Of a stretch of DNA of 64,000 nt, positions 24,921 through 35,300 are shown in pieces. Origin of the DNA: Chara braunii (Eukaryota > Plantae > Charophyceae); NCBI GenBank assembly GCA_003427395.1, contig BFEA01000003.1:1232031-1296030 (forward strand), read 5' to 3'. The notes beneath the pieces are model-generated. The model did not search any database, had not been told where the DNA came from, and saw only the letters and a list, made by a program, of their open reading frames with translations. Position 1 is the stretch's first letter. Every line of letters begins with the position of its first letter. Position numbers and translations under genes: made by a program.

Positions 24921-26453
24921 TGAGCTGGGCTGGTTGGTTCGTTTTCTTCCTTTTGTTAACAACAGGCCTGGCTCCACTAACCCACCAAATTATCGAGCAT
25001 AGAATGGATCTTCTGCTAGAACATGGGAAGACACACAGCCATGTTTTCTGTCTTTTGTCCATGTAGAGAGTAGTGGAGCGACGCCCAATGTCTCTGAAGA
25101 AACCCATGGTTGGTCTGCCTTTGGGCCTCGCTCCACTACTCTAGAAATGCACATAAGCCAAAAATCATGGCGGTGTATCTTTCTATGTTCTAGAGGAAGA
25201 TTCACTCTCGTTTTGCGCATTTTGAGAGTAGTGCAGAGACGCCCTTTCTCCGGGCCTCGCTCCACTACTGTCCGCTATACGATTTTTTGGAAAGTGTGTG
25301 GACAGTAGTCAGAGCTAGCAAAAGCCGTGTTCCAGCGGCGTTGTCCGCCCATCCGTGGGTTGGGTTGGAGCAAGGACCATCCGTGTAGCGACTTTTGCAG
25401 GCTCGAAATTGTACATGGCTGGACAGCATGCGATTTCTGAGCACTGTCCGACCGATTTTCCACTTGTAGTCCTGGGAGAGATCTACAGTGAAACAATTTG
25501 AGGCATTTTGGCAAAGTTCCCGACCCGTATCCCTACCCTAAAAAGAAGGCGGATTTCTATGACTTTTTTTTTTTTTTTTATTTGGTCTGTTGGTGGACCT
25601 TCCTCGACTTCCTTTTTTTTTTTTTTTTCAAACAGAAGGCGTAGTGCCCACGGCAATACATCCTATAGTTCTCAGGGGCAGAGGTGGTCCTGCTCCACCA
25701 GGAGCTCAGAGGCCCTCCCCTCATATCTCCTGTTTTATACCTGGTATCCATCCGCCTAGCCACACCAGGCGCACCCAAATCTGCAGAGAATGCACCCCAA
25801 CTGCGGACTTTCACGCAACAGGCAAGCAAACCACAGACTCTACCTAAATGCAAAAGGCTCCAAACAAGAAAGAGGAAGACGCTATAGGCTATTACTGGCT
25901 ATCACCAAAGATGGATGAGCGGCCCAACGTTTTTGAAACCAAACCATACCTGCGGGCGATGGGGAAAGAGAAATCTTATTCGCCAATCTATTTGTATCAC
26001 CGATCTAAGCACTTGTCGAACGGAGCTGCAGTCAGTAAGCGTGATTGTATCTCCGAGCGCCAGACCACTTCATTCCGAGCTTTCCAAAAGGTCCATAATA
26101 ATGAGGTCGCACACTTTGCATGTGCGTCCATCACGTATCGGACAGGCGAGGGAAAGTCTGCAACAAGAGAGCCCAAAAGAATACCATCAGCTGGCCATGC
26201 ACCTTCCTCGTCTTCCGGAGGTCTCAATTCTCTTTGACGCCCCTCAATTCTCGCGTCCTTTCTTTTCATTTCTTTTGCACTTTTACTGTGTCGAATCAGT
26301 CCCTAACCCCCTGCTAATGCGAATTGGCGCCCCAATGTGGAAAACTGCGTTAGGTAGTGGGACAAGGCCCCTTGGGGGCAGTTGTCTATCACGATAATAT
26401 ACATAAGGCCATACTCACACGAGGCCCGAGAAATCGCAAAAATCGCAGAATGA

Positions 26454-27067
26454 GGCCTGGACTCCACAGGAGAAGTGTTGGAAAAGTGACAATTTTCGGT
26501 TTTCTGTGGAAGGGTGTCTGGAAGAGTTTGCCTGCGGAACGACGGGACCCCACCGGAGAGGCTGAAAGAGCCAGTTTCCACGAGCCTGGAAAGGTTGGAA
26601 ACTGGAGATGAACCGGATGGCGGTCGCCGATGTCCGTTTGAAGGGGTTTTGTTCCTGTTTCAGTGACAACAGCATGTACGTCGCCCTGGCCGTTGAACCA
26701 GGGACCGGCTCGGCTCTGACTATGGATGGACCAGCGGGTCGGCAACAAATTTCCAATGAAGGACATGCCCCCCCTCCCCCCCCCCTTTACTCTTTGGGAA
26801 GGGCACAAATTTCCGGCAGAAACTCTTCCTGTGGCACTTCTCCGACGGGACACCAATGTGGAAACACGAAATCTCGGACTTCCAGCTACCGATGTGGAAA
26901 CACAAAATCTCGGATTTCCAGCTACCATTTTCCAGGCGGTGGGTTCCTGGAAAACTTCCCCTGACTCCTAAAACCAGCTTTCTGGAGGGCCTGATTTGGC
27001 CAGTGGAGTCCGAGAAAAGTTTTTCCACACTGGTTTTTCCACGATTTTTCTGAGTGGGGTCCAGGCC
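26454..27067. mobile_element. Family B element, 614 bp, opposite orientation, TGA TSD
   Basis: TGA GGCCTGGACTCCAC...GTGGGGTCCAGGCC TGA. Interior is a diverged reverse complement of 12538-13151. Confidence 0.9.
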
Positions 27068-27519
27068 TGAGTGGCCAGATTGACCCCTTGTAATAGAAGG
27101 ACTGGATCTGGCCGCTCTTTTCCAAATTTTTTGCTATTTTGAGGGCCTAGTGTGAGAGCATACTCACACTAGCCCCTCAAACTCGCAAAATCACAAAATG
27201 AGCGGCCAGATCGAGTCCTTGTAAAGGAAGGACTAGATCTGGCCGCTCATTTTGGGATTTCGCAATTTTGAGGGCCTAGTGTGAGTATGGGCCTCACCAC
27301 ACCACAGTCGAAAGGCTAAAAAAATCGATGGCTGTCAGAACAATTTCGACAGCCTCCCTTCGACAGTTTGCTATCCTTTCACGCACTTGTGAATGCGAGA
27401 TGGAAAAAGCCGAACGCGCCTGAGCGCACGACAAGCATTAGTCCCGACCTTGGCCCCACTCACCAAATTTCGAAGCGAAGTCGACGGCGCAGCCGAGGAC
27501 TGTCGAACACATGGGAGTA

Positions 27520-27641
27520 GGGCCTCGCTGCACTACTCTCGAAATGTGCAAAACGAGAGCGAATCTTCAGCTAAAACATGGAAAGATGCACGGCCATGAT
27601 TTTTGTCTTTTGTGCATGTTGAGAGTAGTGCAGCGAGCCCC
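27520..27641. mobile_element. Tourist-like MITE family C (~120 bp); other copies at ~7065-7171, 11452-11614, 24964-25086, 25123-25244, 27795-27940, 29395-29505
   Basis: TIR GGGCCTCGCT(C/G)CACTACTC...GAGTAGTG(C/G)AGCGAG(G)CCC with shared core GTATCTTTCCATGTTCTAGCGGAAGATTCA. Confidence 0.8.
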
Positions 27642-28102
27642 TAGCAGTAGCAGGCTGGGGATTCAACAACTTTCGACAGGAGGTGTAGAGAGAACCATTC
27701 TCTGACAACTTGCGAATTTTCTCCTGTCTCCAATTTCAAATTTTCTCCCATCTCCAATTTCAACAGCCTGTGTGGCCAAGAGAAACTATCGAAGGTTCAC
27801 TCCACTACTGACCACGTGCACAATGTATCTTTCCATGTTCTAAGGGAAGATTCATCAGTCTCATTTTGCACATGGCCCTGTGTTTCTCTCCATCCATTGT
27901 TCTAGCGGAAGATTCCAGTGGTCAGTAGCGGAGCAAGCGCCGAAAGGTAACCCTTGTCCTTCTGTGCTTTTTTCTTCGACAATGGTCTTTTTTGAAGTTT
28001 TTTCCCCTTTTTCTTGTTCTTCTTTTTTTAATGATATGTTTCGGTTTTTCTTTCGTCTCTTCTTCCTTTTTCTCTTTCTGTTTTTTAAACTACACTATGT
28101 TG

Positions 28103-28200
28103 ATGTAACTCAGTGGTTAGAGAACCCGTTGGAAATGCGCATTGTGGTATGAGGTTGCCATTGTGGTATGAGGTTGCCAGTTCAAATCTGCAGCCTCCCG
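28103..28200 (+). mobile_element. tRNA-like (His-like) SINE head with a 19-bp internal duplication
   Basis: TAACTCAGTGGTTAGAG A box, TTGTGG loop and AGTTCAAATC B box. Confidence 0.5.
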
Positions 28201-28859
28201 CATGGACGCCGGCAGGGCGTTAGAATGACGCACAGCTGGACACACACCCCTTGGGCTGACGCATGGTAAGCTATTACATACACTGCCTGCGCACCACCCA
28301 GGGGACTGCCCATGGTGTTGTTGTATGTGGCGGCCTGGCCTAGGAGGGGTTTGCCTGATACAGTTAGCAGCCTAATGAGGATGCAGGTACGGGTTTGTGG
28401 TTAGACTGCTCATGTGTGTTGGTTACCTTAGGCTCTGCTTTGGGGGGGGGGCAAGGACCTGAGGTCGGATGGGGTCCCATTTGGGGGTAGGGTTGGCTTG
28501 GGACAAGCTCTGCTGGAGGATATCGGTGGGGAACCTACAGTAGGGGATTGAGGGATCCCGGCCGTAGGGGTGTTAGTAGACAGACTCTGGTGGAGGAAAT
28601 CGTTGGGGAACCTGCAGTAGGGGGGGGAGGTTGCTGTCTGAGGGGGATCCTCCAAGATGGGATGGTCTGGGTCCCATAAATTAGTTGCTGACTGTAGATA
28701 GGTACCTGTCGTGGGACGTCCAGATTCCGGGATCCTCCAAAAAGGGTGTTGAACTGCTTTTCTGCATCTCTGGTTAAAACACGTCCAGATTCCGTGGATT
28801 TCTCCAATCCTCTTTGCTAGTGGAACCTCGCCTATCACAGTCCGTTGGCACTAAGTGTG

Positions 28860-29056
28860 CCGCAGGCGGGCATGGAGCTCGAACCCACAACCTCTTGAAT
28901 GTCACTTGCGTGCCTAACCAACTGAGCTACAGTCTTTCCCCGAATACAACGTATGGTCATTGTAGCTGAATTTAGACTGAAAGATAGCCCAAATTCAGCT
29001 ATAATAATGACCGTACGTTGTCTTCGGGGGGTTCGGGGGAGAGTTTAGGCGGCTGG
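28860..29056 (-). mobile_element. tRNA-derived SINE head related to the 22140 element, split by a MITE
   Basis: CCAGCCGCC TA[MITE]GCTCAGTTGGTTAGGCACGCAAGTGACATTCAAGAGGTTGTGGGTTCGAGCTCC. Confidence 0.8.
28928..29047. mobile_element. MITE family A copy inserted in a SINE A-box
   Basis: GAGC TA[MITE]TA GGCGGCTGG. Confidence 0.8.
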
Positions 29057-29833
29057 ATGTTCTTTGTTTTTTTTTCAGTTGCCTGTTTTTTTTTTATGTT
29101 TTTTTTTTTTAAAAGGGCAGCGGCCTTGACATATTATCATTGAGATGACCGACCCCAGGCAATTTATTAGTAGTTGGTTTTATTCATCAAGTTCCATCAT
29201 CTGGATTTGAAAACAGGTCTGTATTTCAACAGTTCAGGGTTGTACCCACTGAGCTAGGCTCTTGGGTGTTTTTTTTTTTCCAGTTGTCCGTTTTTCGTGC
29301 ATTGATCGTGTTTTTTTTTTTGTTTTCGTTTGTTTATTAACCATGGTTTTGTTTCACATTGCGTGTCTTGCAGCAGTCTCAGCTCTTGCGTCGTGGTGGG
29401 CGGAAATTGGCACAAAAGACAAAAATCACGGCGATGTATGTTGCCATCTTCTAGCGGAAGATTCACTCTCGTTTTGCACATTTCGAGAGTAGTGGGGCGA
29501 GGCCCGATTACCCAGAAGAAGATAACAAGACCTGTGCAAATATAATACCTACAAATCAAGAACAAGAAATACCCTCCTGCTCCTCCTCCTCCTCCTCGAG
29601 TCAAAGCCCCCACTCGGCGAAATTGTTCATTTCTTGACCGTCGATCTCTGCTAATCTAGGGTTGGAAGTAAAAGATACGGATAATCGGGACTTGGCCCCT
29701 CGTCTCCGGTTCCTGTCGTTTTGCGATCGGGATACCGTCAACTCGCTCGCCTCACATATCGGGATCCCCGTGCGGGCCCTCTCCGACTTCCAAGAAGGAG
29801 GCGCCGGCGGCTTGGCAACAGGCGGAGGATCGA

Positions 29834-29972
29834 TTTCCCGCCAATTCGGGCGAAAGCAGCTGGTTGATCGACTTCCCGCCAATTCAGGCGAAAGCAGCTG
29901 GTGGATTGATTTCCCGCCAAAATTCAGGCGAAAGCAGCTGGTGGATCGGTTTCCCGCCAATTCAGGGCGAAC
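29834..29972 (+). promoter_or_regulatory. Four tandem ~38-40-bp units with E2F-type sites
   Basis: (T/C)TTCCCGCCAA at 29834, 29872, 29910 and 29950, each followed by GGCGAA; the first three also have CAGCTG. TTTCCCGC is the canonical E2F element. Confidence 0.5.
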
Positions 29973-30264
29973 TCAGCCGATGATGGAGTGCGACGGCGGA
30001 TGTAAGAAGGCGGACGATATGGCTACCTTGCTTTCGGCCCCCCTAGCCAGCGCTCCTGCGCTATATGACTGTTTTTGGACCGGATAGGGTTTGTATACGT
30101 TCAGGATGATGGCGGGCTTAAGTTCAGGGGAAGGGGAGGGTAGGGGCAGTGTCGTATCGTTGTTCTTGGTGGATGATGTTGCAATGCTCGTGGGACTGTT
30201 CTTGGACGTAGCTGTGGGCCAGGTTCGGGACCTCGTGGGACAGTCCTGCTGATGATCCTTGATT

Positions 30265-30830
30265 AGCACAGTTGTGTTGTGGACCGGTAGTTGTGGGACC
30301 GTGTGGGACAGTTGTGGAACCTTGTGCGGCAGTTGTGGGACCTTGTGCGGCAGTTTTGGGACCTTGTGGGACAGTTGTGGAAGCTTGTGCGGCAGCTGTG
30401 GAAGGTTGAGCGACGGTTGGAAACCGCGCGGAACCTTGTGGAACAGTTGTGGGCTTTGGTAGTTGTGGGACCTCGTGGGACAGTCCTGGGACCTGGTTGT
30501 GGGCTATGGTAGTTGTGGGACCTCGTGGGACAGGCGTGGGGCCTACCAGTTGTGGGCTATGGTAGTTGTGGGACCTCGTTTGGGACAGTCCTGGGACCTT
30601 GTTGGACAGTCGTGAAACCTTGTGCGACCGATGTGGGACCTTGGAGGACAGTTGTGCGACCTTGGAGAGCTTTGTGAAACAGTTGTGTAACTTTGTGGGA
30701 CAGGTGTGGGACCTTGTCGGACTGTTGTCGCCCAGTTGTGCGACCTTGTGTAACAGTTGTGGAACAGGTGTGGAACAGTTGTGGGACAGGTGTGGGACAG
30801 GCGTGGACCATCTTGAAGCTGGTGCGGAAC
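30265..30830 (+). repeat. Degenerate ~10-11-bp minisatellite (AGTTGTGGGAC-like)
   Basis: Dozens of GTTGTGGGAC / CCTTGTG variants. Confidence 0.9.
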
Positions 30831-31149
30831 TCTGTGCAACGGTCTAGAACACAGTTCGGTTACGGCGACTGGAAGGAGACGGAGTGGGAGGGAGGGATGC
30901 GTGCATGTGGAAGGGCTGTCAGAACAGATACAGAGGAGAATATTGCTGCTCACGGACAGTCTGTGGGTGATGATCAGGGTAGCGAAAGAAGCCTGATAAG
31001 GCGGTGGTGATGATTATGCGATCGTCCGTTGAACAAGGAGGATATGGATGAAGAGCTGTGTGGAGCGAGGGGGAGATCGATCAAAAGCTGGCTTGTGGAA
31101 AGTTCCGTTATATGATTCTTCTTTCTGATTGGCCTGCACGCTCGTTGTT

Positions 31150-32152
31150 AACCACTATCGATTATCGGTCTGTTTTTCTTGATTGACTAATCAATCAATC
31201 GATCAATCAATCAATCAATCGACCGATCGATTGATCGATCGTACGGTTGATCGGTCGATGATCTACTACTCGTCGATCGTGGCTCTGTCAATTTAAGACG
31301 AACGGGGCAAAGCCAAGACATCGATCGATATCCCGGCGCTTAGTGAGTCTCTGACGAAGGCCGGGATCTCGATCAGAGTCTTAAGTGTATCTTTATTACA
31401 GTATTATGATTATTAGTGTTATTGAAGTGATCCTCTTCGGCGAACACCGATTCTATATTGGGAATTGATCGATCGACGGGTCCATCATCCGCCGTGGATG
31501 GATTGATGGGCTTTGATCGAGCGATCGTGTTCCGGAGCCTTTGATGGGTTAATCGAGCGATCGTGAGCCGTTGATGGATCATCGGTTGAGCGATCGTGAT
31601 CGTAGTCCTGTGATTGATCGATCAATCAATGGAAGGTGTCGTTGATTGGTCGGTGGATTGATGATCGATCGGTTGGGGTGCTGTTGCAGGGGTGCCCTTG
31701 ATTGGTCGGCGGATTGATTGATCGGTTGTGCTGTGGAAGGTGCCGTTGATTGGTCGGTGGATTGATCGATCGATCGGTTGCGTTTTCTGTTGATCAATCG
31801 GTAAGTCGAGTAGTTTCTTTTTTCTCCAATCGACTTCTGTTTTTTTATAGTGATCGCAAAAATTCATCCAGAATTCGGTATCGGGACTCAGCGGGTGTCC
31901 CGATCCCGTAGCGAGATTCATCATTCATACTGATTGCTGATTGCACAGCTTGTCATCCGTTTCCGTGTACCAAGATTTGTAATCACGATCACGGGTCTGT
32001 ATGCCGTCTAGTGTAATAATCGCGATCGGGATTCGAAATCGAGGTCCATCTAGCATCTCATCGGGATCGCCGGTTGGGATAATTCTTGTCACCTGTCCCG
32101 ACTCGACTCGACTCGACTCGACTCGACTCGACTCGACTCGACTCGACTCGAC
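31150..32152. repeat. GATC/ATCG-rich low-complexity tract ending in (GACTC)n
   Basis: Dense GATCGATC and ATCAATC runs; (GACTC) about 10 times at 32100-32152. Confidence 0.85.
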
Positions 32153-32324
32153 TGCAGCAGAGGAAGATTCTTGAGTGTCAGCGATATACAGTAATACCCA
32201 ATCGAGATTATCGGATCGTGATCGGCATAGTACAGTGCGCATCCAATCGAGATCAAGATTGGTGTGTGAGAAATTACGTCATCGTATCTGTGGAGTCGAG
32301 ATTTTGCGGGAAAGGTTAAGAAGC

Positions 32325-35300
32325 ATGGCTGATACAGCGTGTCAGCGAGGAGGAGGCCATTTCACTCTCCCCTCCTCAAGTCATGGAGGGATCCCGACTA
32401 TGCTGAATTCGGGGAGGTTGAGAGGAGAGGGAGAGGTGGTTGGTTGTCCATCTTCATCTTCTGCGTGGGGATCGACCACGTCAGCCCATCATAATTCTCC
32501 TCCTCCTCCTCCTCCTCCTCCTCCTTTCGCGACGTCGACAGGAGGAGGAGAGGAAGAGGTGGTTGGTCATTCATCCCCTTGGGCATCGGACTCTTCAGCC
32601 TTTCGTATTCCTTCTCCTCCTCCTCCTCCTCCTCCTCTATGTCGTCGTCCTCATCGTACTCCAGGTACCGACTCTGCTGTCCTCGATAGCATCTCTCTTC
32701 TTCAGACAGAGACAAGTCTCCTGTTTCATTACTACCGCTGGAATCGGACGGTAGCTGTGTGGAACCTGCCTACGGTTTTGGAAGATTTCTTGGGCATCAA
32801 GCAGTGCCACGATCATATGATTGATTGGGCACTAACTACAATTCATCGTGTCATCATTCTGGGTCTGTCTGACGACGGGTCGGAGTCGGTAATCTGTACG
32901 GCATCGGGTGTGCGACATCGCCAGCAGGAAAGTGACGACGAATCCCCATCATCATCATCGTCGTCGAATGATCTGATGCCTTTACATGTGGTCACAAAGC
33001 ATGACAGTGGACTTCTTCTCCCCAGACACGATCTGCCCAGCTATCTCTACTTGAGCTTGGAAACGTTCCTCTACTGCTGTGGCGCCAAGAAAGCCTTGTT
33101 GCACTTTTGTCGTATTCACGGCATCCACGGAGTCCCAGGCATTCCCGACAATCTTCTATCATCTTCCTCCTCCTTCTCCTCCTCCCCCTCCCCTTCTTCT
33201 TCTACTTCTGCTGCTGCTGCTGCTTGTGTGATTGCTGCTGCTGCTTCTGGTGCCGATGCTGACGTGGCAGGATGGGAAGGTGGGTCTGCTGGAAGAGAAG
33301 GTGGAGATGGTGGGGAGACGTCGATGATGACACCGAGATGGTCTTCTTGTGCTGATTGGGTTATGGAGAGGTGTAGCAGCGATTATGCTGCTGCGCCTTT
33401 CTGGCGCAGCTGGACGGCATCGTCGATCTTGCCGCCGCCCTACATTTCCCGCCAAAGCGGATTGTGGATAAACTTCTACGGTGCTGAGCTGTCAATCGAA
33501 GATATTCAAGATCAGTTCGATGCCCTGGGCGTCACCGGATACACGTACATCAAGCTTCACTACCCAGGTGGCTATGGAAGAGACGGGAGGGAGATGGATG
33601 CCGCAAGGCCGCCTTACGTGGACGTACAGTTCTTGGATATGGCGACGACCATGGAGGCGTATGACACCTTGAGGATTGGTTTGTGTGCGGAGGTGGTTTT
33701 GCGGCAGCAATCAGTCGATGAGGACAGGGATGGAGGGGGGGAGGACTTCAACCCCCTTGTGCAAGTTTGGCCAAACGTGCCTAGAGAAGCAGCGAGGAGC
33801 CAAATTCTGCCAGCTTTGAATGCCCACGCGGGTGGCACCCGTTACAACCCCTCGGTCAAGATGGAGGACTGGCCACGACAGAGCCCCTCCTCTACTCAAA
33901 GCAGAAGTGTGGGAGAAAGATGGACTAGAGGAGGACAAGCAGGAGGAGGAGGTGGGAGTGGGAGTGGTGGTGGTGGTAGTGATGAGAAGGGTGTGGAAGT
34001 TGTATTTCTATCCTTTGATGCTCTCCGACGATGCCGAGGCAAGGAATACGTGTACGAAATCGAGAGTGGCGGGAAGGAGGAGGAGGAGAAGAAGAAGGGA
34101 TTCACAACAAAAGCGCGGGAACATGTGGCATGTCCAGGACGAGGAGGAGGAGGAGGAGGCGGCGGGAAGGAGGAGGAGAAGAAGAAGACAGGTTGCACAA
34201 CAAAAGCCCGAGAACACGTGGCATGTCCAGGACGAGGAGTAGGAGGAGGAGGTGAGCAGTATTGCGCGCGAATACTCGGGGGAGGAGGAGGAGGAGGAGG
34301 AGGAGGAGGTGAGCAGTATTGCGCGCGAATCCTCGGGGGACCTATCTTCGAAGATTTGGTACACTGTACTCTGGACTCATTGGATGCTGGAATAGAAAGG
34401 CGGGAGCTCGTGAAGGCGATCAAGAGAACCTGCCCCGGAGCTCGGCCACGTGGCTTGTCCATCTTGACCGACTATCAACAGCGTGGCGACACGTGGCAGT
34501 TCTGTATCGATCCTATGTCGGCTCTGGAAATCAATTCCCAAGGCGGACTTCAACTCCCTAATAACCAGCAGGCGCCCATCCACCTCACGTTTTGGGATAA
34601 CACGTACGAGTGGCGGCAAACATACCACAAAGACTACAGCAACCATCGGCGCGCAGGTGGTGACAAGACGAAGGTCGGGGTCTCCCCGATCCCGATCCCG
34701 ACTGGAGCGTGTGTGCACGAGGAGTCGTCTAAGGGGGGGAGGAAGGTGATGCCAGCAACTGAGGCGAACGCCGCCGCGATGAAATACAAGTGCCTTGTTC
34801 AGATCGGCAAGGATATGGAGGAGGAGGAGGACAAGATGAAGACGAAGATGAAGATGGAGATGGCAGCCATAGCTGCTGTTGATGAATCTGAGCGTGTGGG
34901 TGGAATGGGAGTGCCAGAGACGGCGGCGACAACGAGGGGGGGAGAGGTACTGAAAGAGGAGGAGATCGTGCCATGGCAGCCGTGCGAAGGGGTGACAGAA
35001 GAGAGAAGGGAGAGGGAGGGAGAGATGAAGTCTCCTCCTGCTCGTCCTTGTCCACCTTCTTCTCCTGGAGTCGTTGAGCAATCATTTTCGAAAACTGCAG
35101 CCTTTGGCGGTTGGGAGGACGCAGCAGAAGAGAGAGGGAACGCCGGTGGGGAAGGCAGGATTACGCCTACACTGACGAACAACGGTACGATCGATCACAA
35201 TCAATCAACGCGTTCTCGGCTTCCGGAAAAGGACATGCTGGATATTATGCAGAGATGGCCGGCGCTGTTCGGACCGGAGTTGCAGAAGGGCAGAGCAGGG

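Noticed and set aside
31622-32242. Two consecutive minus-strand ORFs divergent from the large gene
   Set aside because: Non-ATG start, separated by a stop, partly built from (GACTC)n and GATC repeats, and no recognisable motif.
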